Shown piece by piece: positions 18,915-28,685 of a stretch of 64,000 bases of DNA. Position 1 is the stretch's first letter, and every line of letters begins with the position of its first letter. Origin of the DNA: Candidatus Aenigmatarchaeota archaeon (GTDB taxonomy: Archaea > Aenigmatarchaeota > Aenigmatarchaeia > GW2011-AR5 > JACRAC01); contig JACRAC010000011.1 in NCBI GenBank assembly GCA_016213555.1, forward strand, positions 8,841 to 72,840, read 5' to 3'. The notes beneath the pieces are model-generated. The model did not search any database, was not told the DNA's origin, and was given only the letters and a program-made list of their open reading frames with translations. The position numbers and the translations under genes are program-made.

Positions 18915-21188
18915 CTAGCCAGTATAATCTACTTGTTCCATGTGTTCTGCTTTCTTTTTTTGAAGTAAGCTTTCATAGAATTTATTCATGTCTTCACTTA
19001 CAGAAGCTCTTATTTCTTCTAATGCCTTTTTGAAATCTAATTTTGTTACCTTATCTGCATCAATATTCTTTCTTAGCGAATGTAAAGCAGCTTCTCTACA
19101 AAGAGCTTCTAAGTCTGCTCCTGAATATCCATCTGTAGAATCTGCTAAATCATTTACATTTACTTCTCCTAATGGCATTTTTCCTGTAAGTATTTTCAAT
19201 ATAGATATTCTTGCCTCTCTGTCTGGTGTTGGAACTAATATTTGTCTGTCAAATCTTCCTGGTCTTAATAAAGCAGTATCTATTATATCTGGTCTGTTTG
19301 TTGCTGCAATAACAACTACGTCGTTTAATTCTTCTAAACCACTCATTTCTGCAAGCAGCTGTGATACTACTCTTTCAGTAACCTGGCTTCCTACGTCACT
19401 TCCTCTCTTAGGTGCTAGAGAGTCTATTTCATCAAAAAATACTATACATGGTGATACTTGTTTTGCTCTTCTAAAAACATCTCTTATATGTTTTTCAGAT
19501 TCTCCTACCCACATTGAAATAAGCTCTCCTGCTTTTATGTAGATAAAGTTTGCTCCTGATTCATTTGCAACTGCTTTTGCCATCAGTGTTTTTCCACATC
19601 CTGGTGGCCCGAAAAGTAATATTCCTTTTGGTGGCTTTATTCCAAGTCTTGAAAATGCTTCTGGATGGTTTAATGGCCATTCTACGGTTTCTTTTAGATG
19701 TTGTTTTACATTTTCTAGGCCTCCTATATCATTCCATTTTACATTTGGAACTTCCATAAGTACTTCACGCATAGCAGATGGCTGAACCATTTTCATAGCA
19801 TTTTGGAAATCTGATGCTGTTACTATTAACTTCTTAAGAATCTCTGGAGGCAGTGGTTTGTCTTCTTTTATAGAACCTATTTCTGGAAGAATTCTTCTTA
19901 GAGCGTACATTGCCCCTTCTTTACAAAGAGCTGCTAGATCTGCTCCAACATATCCGTAAGTTATTTCTGATATTTTTGTAAGATCTACGTCTTTTGCTAG
20001 AGGCATGCCTCTTGTATGTATTTGAAGGACTTCTTTTCTTCCATCTTTTGTTGGCACTCCTATTTCAATTTCTCTATCTAATCTTCCAGGCCTTCTAAGA
20101 GCAGGGTCTAATGAATTCGGTATATTTGTTGCTCCTATGACTATAATTCTTCCACGAGATTTCAATCCATCTAATAATGTAAGTAATTGTGATACTACTC
20201 TTTTTTCAACCTCTCCTTTTACTTCTTCTCTTTTAGGTGCTATAGAATCTATTTCATCTATGAATATTATTGATGGTGCGTTTTTCTCTGCTTCATCAAA
20301 TATCTTTCTTAAATTTTCTTCTGAGCCTCCATACCAACGACTCATTATTTCTGGTCCATTAATAACATAGAACTTTGCCCCGCTCTCATTAGCTACTGCT
20401 TTTGCTAAAAGAGTTTTTCCACATCCTGGAGTTCCATGTAGTAGTATTCCTTTTGGAGGATCTATTCCAAGTCTTTCAAAAAGCTCTGGATGCTTTAAAG
20501 GAAGTTCTATCATTTCTCTTACAAGCTGAATTTCATTATGCAATCCTCCAAGGTCTTCATACGTAACTTCTGGTATTTTTTCTTCCATTACGTCTTTTGC
20601 CTGTGGTAGTACTTCTACTTCTGTAGATTTTGTTATCCTTACAGGACCTTTTGGATCTGTTGATGTGACTACAAACTTTTCTTCTCCAAAAGGTGTTAAG
20701 ACAAAATCTATTCCAAAGAATTCTTCAAACATACTCTCAAAACTATTGTCTCTTCTAGATCTTAGAATTGGATTAGGAACTATGATATCTCCTGTCATTG
20801 CAGGTCTCATCAAGATGTTTCTTTTTAAGAGTTCTCCTGATATATGTATAACTATTCCCTTTCTTGCAGGAGCTATTACAACTGTTTTTGCTTCTTTGAC
20901 ATCAGACTTTCTTACTTTTACCTCGTCGCTTATTCCTGCTCCACAGTTTTTTCTTACAAGACCATCCATTCTTATAATATCAAGTCCTACATCTGCTGGA
21001 TAAGCTCTAAGAACTATTGCTGCAGTTTTTCTTTTTCCTTCTATTTCTATTATATCTCCTTCTGTTACTGCTATTTTTTTCATGTCTTTTGCAGATATTC
21101 TAACAATTCCTCTACCATAATCACTTCTTTCTGTAAGTTCTCCTACTTTTAATTTTATCTCTGGATCTTGTTTTATATCTCCTGTCAT
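18915..21188 (-). CDS. cdc48: AAA+ ATPase Cdc48/VAT
   Basis: N domain; two AAA modules (GTPGCGKT and GPPGCGKT; DEID twice; RPGR twice); C-terminus QVDYTG. Confidence 0.97.
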   Translation of the reverse strand: MTGDIKQDPEIKLKVGELTERSDYGRGIVRISAKDMKKIAVTEGDIIEIEGKRKTAAIVLRAYPADVGLDIIRMDGLVRKNCGAGISDEVKVRKSDVKEAKTVVIAPARKGIVIHISGELLKRNILMRPAMTGDIIVPNPILRSRRDNSFESMFEEFFGIDFVLTPFGEEKFVVTSTDPKGPVRITKSTEVEVLPQAKDVMEEKIPEVTYEDLGGLHNEIQLVREMIELPLKHPELFERLGIDPPKGILLHGTPGCGKTLLAKAVANESGAKFYVINGPEIMSRWYGGSEENLRKIFDEAEKNAPSIIFIDEIDSIAPKREEVKGEVEKRVVSQLLTLLDGLKSRGRIIVIGATNIPNSLDPALRRPGRLDREIEIGVPTKDGRKEVLQIHTRGMPLAKDVDLTKISEITYGYVGADLAALCKEGAMYALRRILPEIGSIKEDKPLPPEILKKLIVTASDFQNAMKMVQPSAMREVLMEVPNVKWNDIGGLENVKQHLKETVEWPLNHPEAFSRLGIKPPKGILLFGPPGCGKTLMAKAVANESGANFIYIKAGELISMWVGESEKHIRDVFRRAKQVSPCIVFFDEIDSLAPKRGSDVGSQVTERVVSQLLAEMSGLEELNDVVVIAATNRPDIIDTALLRPGRFDRQILVPTPDREARISILKILTGKMPLGEVNVNDLADSTDGYSGADLEALCREAALHSLRKNIDADKVTKLDFKKALEEIRASVSEDMNKFYESLLQKKKAEHMEQVDYTG

Positions 21189-21222
21189 AGTATCACTTTT
21201 TAGATTTTTCTATATATAATTA

Positions 21223-21576
21223 CTATAATTCTTCTCTTCTCCTTCTTAAATCTTTTAGTATTCTCTCTCTTTCTAAAATAACCTCTATCATATCGTATTC
21301 TACCTTTTGGCTCCATTGATCAAAAAAATCTTCCATTCTTTTCATATGCTCAAGAGCTATCATGAATACTGAGCTGCTGATTTTTTTATGAGGTATCTCA
21401 TCTAACAGCCCTGGTCTTCTATAACTATAATTTTTTCTTTCTCCTGGTATAACTTGTTGCCATCCGTATAGTTCTCTAAAGAACTTATTTCTTTCGTAAT
21501 TTGAATCGAAATTCTCACTTACTGTGTCAAAAGACACTATAACAACTTTTTCGTTTTTTCTAAAAATTATCTTCAT
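21223..21576 (-). CDS. Hypothetical protein with Cas2/VapD-like ferredoxin-fold pattern
   Basis: VVIVSFD...ERNKFFRELYG...ISSSVFMI...MEDFF resembles Cas2 (hhhhYD...R..h...L..hG...Q.SVF). Start set at the MKIIF ATG. Confidence 0.5.
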   Translation of the reverse strand: MKIIFRKNEKVVIVSFDTVSENFDSNYERNKFFRELYGWQQVIPGERKNYSYRRPGLLDEIPHKKISSSVFMIALEHMKRMEDFFDQWSQKVEYDMIEVILERERILKDLRRRREEL

Positions 21577-21736
21577 ATCAAAACCTACGGTTTCGATGCA
21601 TTCCTTTAATAGCACCTCTTTAGTGTATATGCACACACTAATTTAGTATTCTCTTAAACACTAAAGTATTTAAAGATTTCTTGTTTTATTTTTATTAATT
21701 TAACTGTTTATTTATCCTTTCTAGATATTTTAGATT

Positions 21737-22417
21737 ATGAATGTAAGAAAATTTCTAACAAACTCTCCTTTGGATAAGTTATTGGATGGTGGTATAGAAT
21801 GTGGAGTTATAACAAATGTTTATGGTCCTGCAGGTTCTGGAAAAAGTAACATATGTCTAACTTCTCTTCTTCAGGCTAAGAATAAAACATTGTACATAGA
21901 TAGTGAGGGTTCTTTTTCGTTAGATAGATTTAGGCAAATAGGCGGTGACGAAAAAAAACTTAAAAATATAATTTTTATCGATGTTCATACATGGAAAGAT
22001 CAATATGAGCAGATGATTAGGCTTGATAAAATAATACAAAAAGACAAAATAGATATTGTTATAGTTGATTCTATTGTATCTCTCTATAGATTAGAGTTGG
22101 ACAATACAGATAAGGAAAAGGTAAGCAGAACAAATATGCAGCTTGGAGCAGTATATTCTGTGTTGTCTAGAATAGCCAGAGAAAGAAATATACCTATATT
22201 GGTTACGAATCAGGTTTATGGTAGTGGTGAAGATATAGAACCTACATCTAAAACAATTGCCAGATACTGGTCAAAGTGTTTAATAGAATTTAAAAAACTC
22301 GATAAAGACAATTGTAGAAAAGCCATAATAAGAAAACATAGAAGTTTGCCTGAAGGTAAGCAAATAGATTTTGAAATATATCAAAAAGGTATTAAAGAAT
22401 ACAGGAAACTTTTTTAA
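21737..22417 (+). CDS. radB: DNA repair protein RadB
   Basis: RecA core without an N-terminal domain, GPAGSGKS, YIDSE, VDS, TNQV, C-terminal KHR motif. Confidence 0.93.
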   Translation: MNVRKFLTNSPLDKLLDGGIECGVITNVYGPAGSGKSNICLTSLLQAKNKTLYIDSEGSFSLDRFRQIGGDEKKLKNIIFIDVHTWKDQYEQMIRLDKIIQKDKIDIVIVDSIVSLYRLELDNTDKEKVSRTNMQLGAVYSVLSRIARERNIPILVTNQVYGSGEDIEPTSKTIARYWSKCLIEFKKLDKDNCRKAIIRKHRSLPEGKQIDFEIYQKGIKEYRKLF

Positions 22418-22433
22418 AATATCTTTGTCTTAA

Positions 22434-23159
22434 TTATTTAGATAGTTCTGAATCTATTGCTTTTTGGAATATAGTGAAAGGTTGTGCACCTTCTATTAAT
22501 TTTCCGCTGACAAAAAATGCTGGGGTTCCAGATACTCCTAGTTTTTTTCCTTCCTTAAGATCTGCAGCAACTCTATCTGCCATTGCTCCACTATCCAAGC
22601 AACTATCAAAGTTTGTTGTATTCAGATTTAATTCAGAAGCAAATTTCTTTAAATTACTTATAGATAAAAATTCATTGTTTTCGAACATCTTATCATGTAT
22701 TTTCCAAAAAGCTTCTTCACCTCCCAAGTCTTTTGCACATTCTGATGCTTCAGCTGCCTTTTGTGCATTACTATGTATATCTAAAGGGAACTGCTTATAT
22801 ACAAATTTTATTTTTTCTGGTATTATGTATTTTTCTTTAATTTCCTGTTCTGTTGTTTTATAAAATCTTGCGCAGAAAGGACATTGAAAATCTGAGAATT
22901 CAACTACTGTTACTGTTGCGCTGCTGTTTCCTTCATAGTTGTCAGTGTCAACAGTTTTTACACTATATGGTTTAGGCACAGAATACAATGCTGCAGTAGA
23001 TGCTAAAATAATTATTAGAATGAGTGCTCCAACTATAACGTAGTTTTTGTTTATTTTAGTTTCTCTTGATCTTACTTCTTCATGTTTAGATTTTTTATGC
23101 TGTGTTAAGGCTTCGTTAGTGTCAAATGATCTTTTACATTCAGAACATTCAATTGCCAT
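22434..23159 (-). CDS. DsbA-family thiol oxidoreductase with N-terminal C2H2 zinc finger and TM anchor
   Basis: CSECKRSF..EALTQHKKSKH; TM helix; EFSDFQCPFC; GTPAFF. Confidence 0.88.
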   Translation of the reverse strand: MAIECSECKRSFDTNEALTQHKKSKHEEVRSRETKINKNYVIVGALILIIILASTAALYSVPKPYSVKTVDTDNYEGNSSATVTVVEFSDFQCPFCARFYKTTEQEIKEKYIIPEKIKFVYKQFPLDIHSNAQKAAEASECAKDLGGEEAFWKIHDKMFENNEFLSISNLKKFASELNLNTTNFDSCLDSGAMADRVAADLKEGKKLGVSGTPAFFVSGKLIEGAQPFTIFQKAIDSELSK

Positions 23160-23207
23160 AAAATCACAAAATTACTTCTTGTCTAATCCTTTAATATCTT
23201 ATATTAA

Positions 23208-23828
23208 TTAACAACTTAAGCTACCTTCTATTTTGCATGCTGTGCTATTAGTATTTAATTTAGGTATTCCAGGGTCTTTTCCTGACGATATGTAATCTAA
23301 CACATTTGTCTGATTCCACTCATGTTCGTGATTCCATGAATCCCAGAAATATCTCCATTCATTCCATCCTATTCCTAAGCTTTTTACATATATATCATGT
23401 TCTGCTAACATTTTTCCTATTTTTCTTCCTGTCATACATGGTATGCTATAGCAATAAACAACTATATCTTTTCTTGGATTTTTTTCATTTAGTTCTTTGA
23501 ATGAGCTTACTATTCTATCTACTGCTCCATAATCAGATGTATCTTTATCTTTGTAAGCCGGTATATTTACTGCTCCTATTATGTGTTCTTTTTCATATTC
23601 TTCCTGGCTTCTTAGATCTACAAGTATAAAATTTTGATCCCCTTTATCCATAGACTTTCTAATACTATGAGGACTGACATGAACAGCATTTTCTGTTAGA
23701 TAAAAGTCTTCTATTAATTCATTTTGTGTTTTATTGTCTATACTTTTCATAACTGCTATTGCTGATATGCTTGATGTTATGCTTAGTGCTATAATTATAG
23801 CGGCTATTTTGTATGTGCTTAATTGCAT
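23208..23828 (-). CDS. Rhodanese-like domain protein with N-terminal signal/anchor
   Basis: LVDLRS.EEY..EHIIGAVNIP, VVYCYSIPC, GIGWNEW. Confidence 0.82.
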   Translation of the reverse strand: MQLSTYKIAAIIIALSITSSISAIAVMKSIDNKTQNELIEDFYLTENAVHVSPHSIRKSMDKGDQNFILVDLRSQEEYEKEHIIGAVNIPAYKDKDTSDYGAVDRIVSSFKELNEKNPRKDIVVYCYSIPCMTGRKIGKMLAEHDIYVKSLGIGWNEWRYFWDSWNHEHEWNQTNVLDYISSGKDPGIPKLNTNSTACKIEGSLSC

Positions 23829-23958
23829 TAAACCACCTTATAGTTAAATTAATGAAACAACATATAACTTTTTGTTGTATACTAGTTTCAGTATACTTTT
23901 GGAAAGCTTTTCAGGCTGTTTTTAAGCTTTTCAGTTTATTTATTCACAAGGTGTTTTT

Positions 23959-24234
23959 ATCAATATACTACTGAAAATTTTAGCTTTTGTAGATCTTATT
24001 GCAGCTTATGCTTTGATAACGAAAGATTTTCATATACTTGGGATATCTATAGCTATTGTGATTATTCTTTTTTGTAAAGGGATTCCTAGTTTGTTCTCAG
24101 ACCTATTATCAAAAATTTATGGAGCTGTAGATATTTCTGTTGCTTTGATAATACTATTTGGATTTGCACCCTTTCCTATTGATGTAATGCTGTTTTTCAT
24201 AATGCTTTACAAGGGCATAATTAGCCTTGTTTAG
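23959..24234 (+). CDS. Small four-TM membrane protein with internal duplication (start uncertain)
   Basis: Frame is open upstream of TTG 24013; two repeats, LLKILAFVD...LFCKGIPSL and LLSKIYGAVD...MLYKGIISL; GGTG RBS followed by ATC at 23959. Confidence 0.55.
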   Translation: MNILLKILAFVDLIAAYALITKDFHILGISIAIVIILFCKGIPSLFSDLLSKIYGAVDISVALIILFGFAPFPIDVMLFFIMLYKGIISLV

Positions 24235-26428
24235 AAGTAGCTCTCTTCTTTTTTACTAGTTTTTTTGTATCAGGTGTCTTTAGTGTTATAGATTTTTTAT
24301 CTGATGGTTTTATTGTGTTCGTCTCTGTAGATTCTTTTTCCTTATTTGCTGGGCTTACTTGTCCTATTTTTGACTTATCAAACCATTCTTTTTTTGTTGG
24401 ACATCTAATGTCGACGCATGTTCTAAATGGCCTCTTACCTTCTCTGCCTATTTGTATTATAGGTGATTTACACTCTTCACAAACTTTTTCAGTAGGGGTG
24501 ATCATTCCGATTCTTGGTAGAGGAGCACTAAATTTGCATCCTTTTTTGAATCCTGTACATCCTACAAATCTATTTCCTGTTGACCATAATTTATGTATAC
24601 TTAACACGCCTTGGCATTGAGGACATGTTCCTAGTCTATTCTGCTTTTCCTGGGATTCTATTATAGCATCTGTCAAAAGTTTTCCTACTTTTGATTCTCT
24701 TTTCTTAAACTCATTACATATTTTAACCAAAGTCTTTTTTGCTTCTTCTATTACCTGATCTCTTTTTATTTTACCTCCATTAACATCTTCACATTCTTGT
24801 TCAAAATGTCTTGTTAATTTTTCTGATATAATGTCTGATGCGTTTTTCTCTAAAGTTTCTGATAATTTTTCTCCTAGTTCTGTAACTTCTATACTTCTAC
24901 CAATAATATATCCTCTGTTATAAAGAGTCTGTAGTATTTGGGCTCTGGTTGCTTTTGTACCAAGACCACGTTCTTCCATTTCCTTAATCACAGATCCTTG
25001 AGAAAATCTTGCAGGTGGTTGTGTCTTTTTAGATAATATTTTTACATCAAAAAATTGATAAACATCGCCTATCTTTATGTTTGGTAGTATTGTTTCTTCA
25101 CGGCTTGCATATTTGCCATAAAGTTCTGTCCAACCAGCTTCTAGGGTTCTTGTTCCTCTTATAAAAAATATATTTCCATTTACATCCAAAGAAACTCTTT
25201 GTGATTCTCGTTTGGCCTTCTCTCCAAAACATGCTAAAAAGCGTCTACATACTAAATCATAAACTCTTCTCTGCAAATCTCCTATTTTTTTTGGAATCTC
25301 TCCAGTAGGATAAATTGCTGGATGTGCTGCGTCTACTCTTTTCCCTTCTTCTGGCACAAGCTCTTTTTTGCTTAATAATGAAGATGATTCTTTCTCAAAC
25401 TGTTTTTGTTTTCCAAGGTTTATTATAATTTTCTTATAGTTTATATCCTTAGGTAATTTTTCTGATGCTGTTCTTGGGTAAGATATAAGACCTGCTTGAT
25501 AAAGGGCTTCTGCTATACTCATTGCTTGTTGTGGCGAATATCCGAAATATCTATAAACATCTGATAAGAAACTTGTAGTGTTGTAAGGTTTTGGGGCGCT
25601 CTGAATTATTATCTTTGTTTTTATATCTGACACTTTTGCTTTTTTACCTTTTGCTTTTTTAATAATATCTTCTGCTGTTTTTTTATCCCATAATTTATCT
25701 TTTTCGTATTCTGCTTCTATATCTTTTTTACCTATAGTTACACTTCCTGAAACCTCCCAAAAAGGTTTTGGATCAAAGGCTTTTATCTTTTTTTCATGCT
25801 TGTAAAGCATATGTAATGTAGGGCCTTGAACACGGCCTGTTGATATTATCTGGAATCTACGGCCTGTTGTCTTTATTGCAGATATTAGTGCTCTAGATAT
25901 AGAAACTCCCCACATATGATCTAAGTAATGTCTTGTTAATCCTGCTTCAACTTGACCAAAATCTATGTGCTTACTCATGTTTTCATAACTATCTAACAAC
26001 TCTTCTTTTGTCATTGTACTAAATTTCATACGTTTAGCATCTTCTTTTTTGCAAAGAAATCTCAATACATTATACCCTATTACAGATCCTTCTGTATCGT
26101 AATCAGTTGCTACGATAAAATCATCACCCTGTACAACAACTTTTTCAACTGTTTCAAAATATCTTTTGCTGAAAGAACCAAATTTAGAAGCTAGATGTGT
26201 AGGAACCCAGTCAAGATCAAATATAGGGTATGTTTGTCCCTTTTTTGTGTTCTTTAATGTGAATAAATGTCCTACAGCTGCTACTACTAAATGTTTTTTG
26301 TTGTTTTTTGTGAATTCATACCACTTTACTCCTTCTTCTGTAATATTTTCCTTCAATCCTTTTTCTGCTAATGCTTTTGCTATAGTACGCGCTGCAGTAG
26401 GTTTCTCCGCAATTATAACTGTTACCAT
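24221..26428 (-). CDS. topA: DNA topoisomerase I (type IA) with C-terminal Zn ribbons and Lys-rich tail
   Basis: IAEKP, ATDYDTEG, STGRVQGPTL, ISYPRT (catalytic Tyr), AHPAI, GLGTKATR. Confidence 0.96.
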   Translation of the reverse strand: MVTVIIAEKPTAARTIAKALAEKGLKENITEEGVKWYEFTKNNKKHLVVAAVGHLFTLKNTKKGQTYPIFDLDWVPTHLASKFGSFSKRYFETVEKVVVQGDDFIVATDYDTEGSVIGYNVLRFLCKKEDAKRMKFSTMTKEELLDSYENMSKHIDFGQVEAGLTRHYLDHMWGVSISRALISAIKTTGRRFQIISTGRVQGPTLHMLYKHEKKIKAFDPKPFWEVSGSVTIGKKDIEAEYEKDKLWDKKTAEDIIKKAKGKKAKVSDIKTKIIIQSAPKPYNTTSFLSDVYRYFGYSPQQAMSIAEALYQAGLISYPRTASEKLPKDINYKKIIINLGKQKQFEKESSSLLSKKELVPEEGKRVDAAHPAIYPTGEIPKKIGDLQRRVYDLVCRRFLACFGEKAKRESQRVSLDVNGNIFFIRGTRTLEAGWTELYGKYASREETILPNIKIGDVYQFFDVKILSKKTQPPARFSQGSVIKEMEERGLGTKATRAQILQTLYNRGYIIGRSIEVTELGEKLSETLEKNASDIISEKLTRHFEQECEDVNGGKIKRDQVIEEAKKTLVKICNEFKKRESKVGKLLTDAIIESQEKQNRLGTCPQCQGVLSIHKLWSTGNRFVGCTGFKKGCKFSAPLPRIGMITPTEKVCEECKSPIIQIGREGKRPFRTCVDIRCPTKKEWFDKSKIGQVSPANKEKESTETNTIKPSDKKSITLKTPDTKKLVKKKRATSKQG

Positions 26429-26473
26429 AATTATCACATATATAATAGTATTTTAGAATTATCATAGTAAAGC

Positions 26474-27037
26474 TTAAATAGAGTTTTTTGTTATTTTTAG
26501 AATTGATTCCAAGGCTACTGGTAGCTTTGTAATATTATCTTCTCCACTAAAATGTTTCATGTTATTTTCTATTATTATCTCTGCTCCTAACTTTTCTTTA
26601 AAAAATGTTGAGTAATGCAATGACACATAAGGATCATTGTCTGAGTGTATAGCTATAAAATTCTTGCATTTTGTTTCTATCTGTTCCCAGGCTATTGGTC
26701 TTTTGAAAAAACTTTCGAGTTGATCAAATCCTAGGTTAGACGTAAATCCTGCTACAAGAATTACTCCTCCTACATTCTCGTTTTGTTTTAATGATTCCAA
26801 GTATCTCAAAATTGTAATACAGCCCAGACTATGTCCTACAAAATAACTATCTTCATCTGGATTACCTACTACATTAATCAAATGAGTTAACCATTTATCA
26901 ATTGTCGGGTTTTTTGGATCTGGCATTGAAGGAACTACTACATGAAATTTTCTTTTTTCCAATTCTTTTTTTAGCCAAGGTCTCCAACCTTCTTCTGGAT
27001 ATCCTTCCCATCCATGAATAAGAAATACTCTTTTCAT
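26474..27037 (-). CDS. RBBP9/YdeN family alpha/beta hydrolase
   Basis: IHGW, GHSLGC, SDNDPYV, KHF. Confidence 0.9.
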   Translation of the reverse strand: MKRVFLIHGWEGYPEEGWRPWLKKELEKRKFHVVVPSMPDPKNPTIDKWLTHLINVVGNPDEDSYFVGHSLGCITILRYLESLKQNENVGGVILVAGFTSNLGFDQLESFFKRPIAWEQIETKCKNFIAIHSDNDPYVSLHYSTFFKEKLGAEIIIENNMKHFSGEDNITKLPVALESILKITKNSI

Positions 27038-27050
27038 TTAATCATCTTTA

Positions 27051-28667
27051 TCAAATTGCATGCGCTTGTTTTTTTATTATTTCTCCAAATGCGGGTCTTG
27101 TTATAAATATCCCTATCAAAACTCCTAATATTGTTGTGATTGCAAATCCTCTAAGAACTCCTAATCCTAGTACTGTAAGAGGTAACATAGCTCCTATTAC
27201 TGTTCCTCCTGCCCCAAGTATTATAAATAATGCACGCTTGATCCGCTCTTTTGCTGTTATTGTTTTGTCGCCTTCTCTCAAAGACTGATCTATCATTATT
27301 ATCTGCGCGTCTATACCTGTTCCTATTATTGCTATTATCGCAGCTATTGAGGCTATATCAATTGTCCATCCAATAACTACAGAAGCTCCAAAAATTATCA
27401 TGACTTCGCTCATTGATGTTACTAACATTGGTATTACAATTCCTTTCTTTCTATATCTAATTGCAACTATTATGGATACTGCAACTACAGCAGCTGTTAT
27501 TGCTAGTAATATGTTTGTTAGAAATGATGCTCCTAGATTTGGAGATATTACTTCTAGCTGAACTATCTCTATTTTTGATGGTAAGGATCCGCTCTTAAGT
27601 ATTGTTTGTAATGTTCGTTGGGTTTTTGTAGCTGTTTGTGCATCTGCACCATATCCTGTTATTGATGGTGTTTGTATTGACTGGCCTTTAAGCGATGCTG
27701 ATATACCCAAAGAATCTATAAGATCTCCGTCTAAATATAAATCTATTTTTGATGAAAGGGATCCTTCATCACTAGTTGAGAAGACTCTGTCTAAATTTTT
27801 TGTAACATATGCAAATCTCTGTGCACCTTCTTGACTTAGCTGCACTTGGAACGACCATCTATAACCTCCTTGTATTTGTTCTATTCCTGATCTCTGAGGA
27901 TCAGAATATACAAGTATTATATCTTTTCCAGTGAAAACAAGTGTTGATAAATTTGCAGTGTTATTTAATATGCTATTTACTTTTATTTTTACAGTGTCTA
28001 ACTCTACTGTATCATTTACTCTTAGAAATGTTCCGTTTATATTTATAGTGTTGTTTGAAACTTCTATAGGATATTTATTTTGAAATTCGAGTGTTTTTCC
28101 ATCTTTAGCTAATATATCAATTTTTGCCTCAAAATTGCCTTGTCTTTCCAAAAGTTCTCTAAGCTCTTCACGATTTCCACCTGCCATGATTATTTCTACA
28201 AATCCTTGTCCATCGCTTTTTATTGAACGGAAATTTGCTTCTCTCAACCCGTATATGTTTATTCTTGTCTGCAATGTTGATATTATCTGTTCTAAAGATA
28301 CGTTATCAGATTGGGGTTTTATAACAGCTCTTACACCACCTTCAATATCTAAACCAAAAGATATTTTTGTAGAAGGAGTATTCTTTACTTCTAGTCCTAG
28401 AGTGCCGTTGATTTTAAGGAGTTTATCTCCTTTGTTTGTAGATAATTTTACAACCCCTTCATAGTCTTTTTGTAAATCCTCTATTGTGGCTGATTTGTCG
28501 TTTATTTTATAAATTATGTCTCCAGCTACCAGAGGAATTGTAGAATTTTTGGCTTTGAATGTAACAGTAACCCCTTGCGGTGAAAAATTCGGCGCTATGA
28601 GTATTACTGATATAACTACAAGAAATATTAGTAATAATACTTTCCAATTTTTAAAAATATCTTTCAT
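27051..28667 (-). CDS. secD: Protein translocase subunit SecD
   Basis: GLDIEGG, RINIYGL, LKSGSLP, IGTGIDAQI, LRGFAITT, TRPAF. Confidence 0.93.
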   Translation of the reverse strand: MKDIFKNWKVLLLIFLVVISVILIAPNFSPQGVTVTFKAKNSTIPLVAGDIIYKINDKSATIEDLQKDYEGVVKLSTNKGDKLLKINGTLGLEVKNTPSTKISFGLDIEGGVRAVIKPQSDNVSLEQIISTLQTRINIYGLREANFRSIKSDGQGFVEIIMAGGNREELRELLERQGNFEAKIDILAKDGKTLEFQNKYPIEVSNNTININGTFLRVNDTVELDTVKIKVNSILNNTANLSTLVFTGKDIILVYSDPQRSGIEQIQGGYRWSFQVQLSQEGAQRFAYVTKNLDRVFSTSDEGSLSSKIDLYLDGDLIDSLGISASLKGQSIQTPSITGYGADAQTATKTQRTLQTILKSGSLPSKIEIVQLEVISPNLGASFLTNILLAITAAVVAVSIIVAIRYRKKGIVIPMLVTSMSEVMIIFGASVVIGWTIDIASIAAIIAIIGTGIDAQIIMIDQSLREGDKTITAKERIKRALFIILGAGGTVIGAMLPLTVLGLGVLRGFAITTILGVLIGIFITRPAFGEIIKKQAHAI

Positions 28668-28685
28668 CTAAATCACATTTTATTT

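Noticed and set aside
21223-21576. CRISPR-Cas locus suggested by the Cas2-like gene
   Set aside because: No repeat-spacer array and no other cas gene visible in the 64 kb
24221-24350. Lys-rich low-complexity tail of TopA as a separate repeat feature
   Set aside because: Basic tails are common in type IA topoisomerases and there is no nucleotide-level tandem repeat
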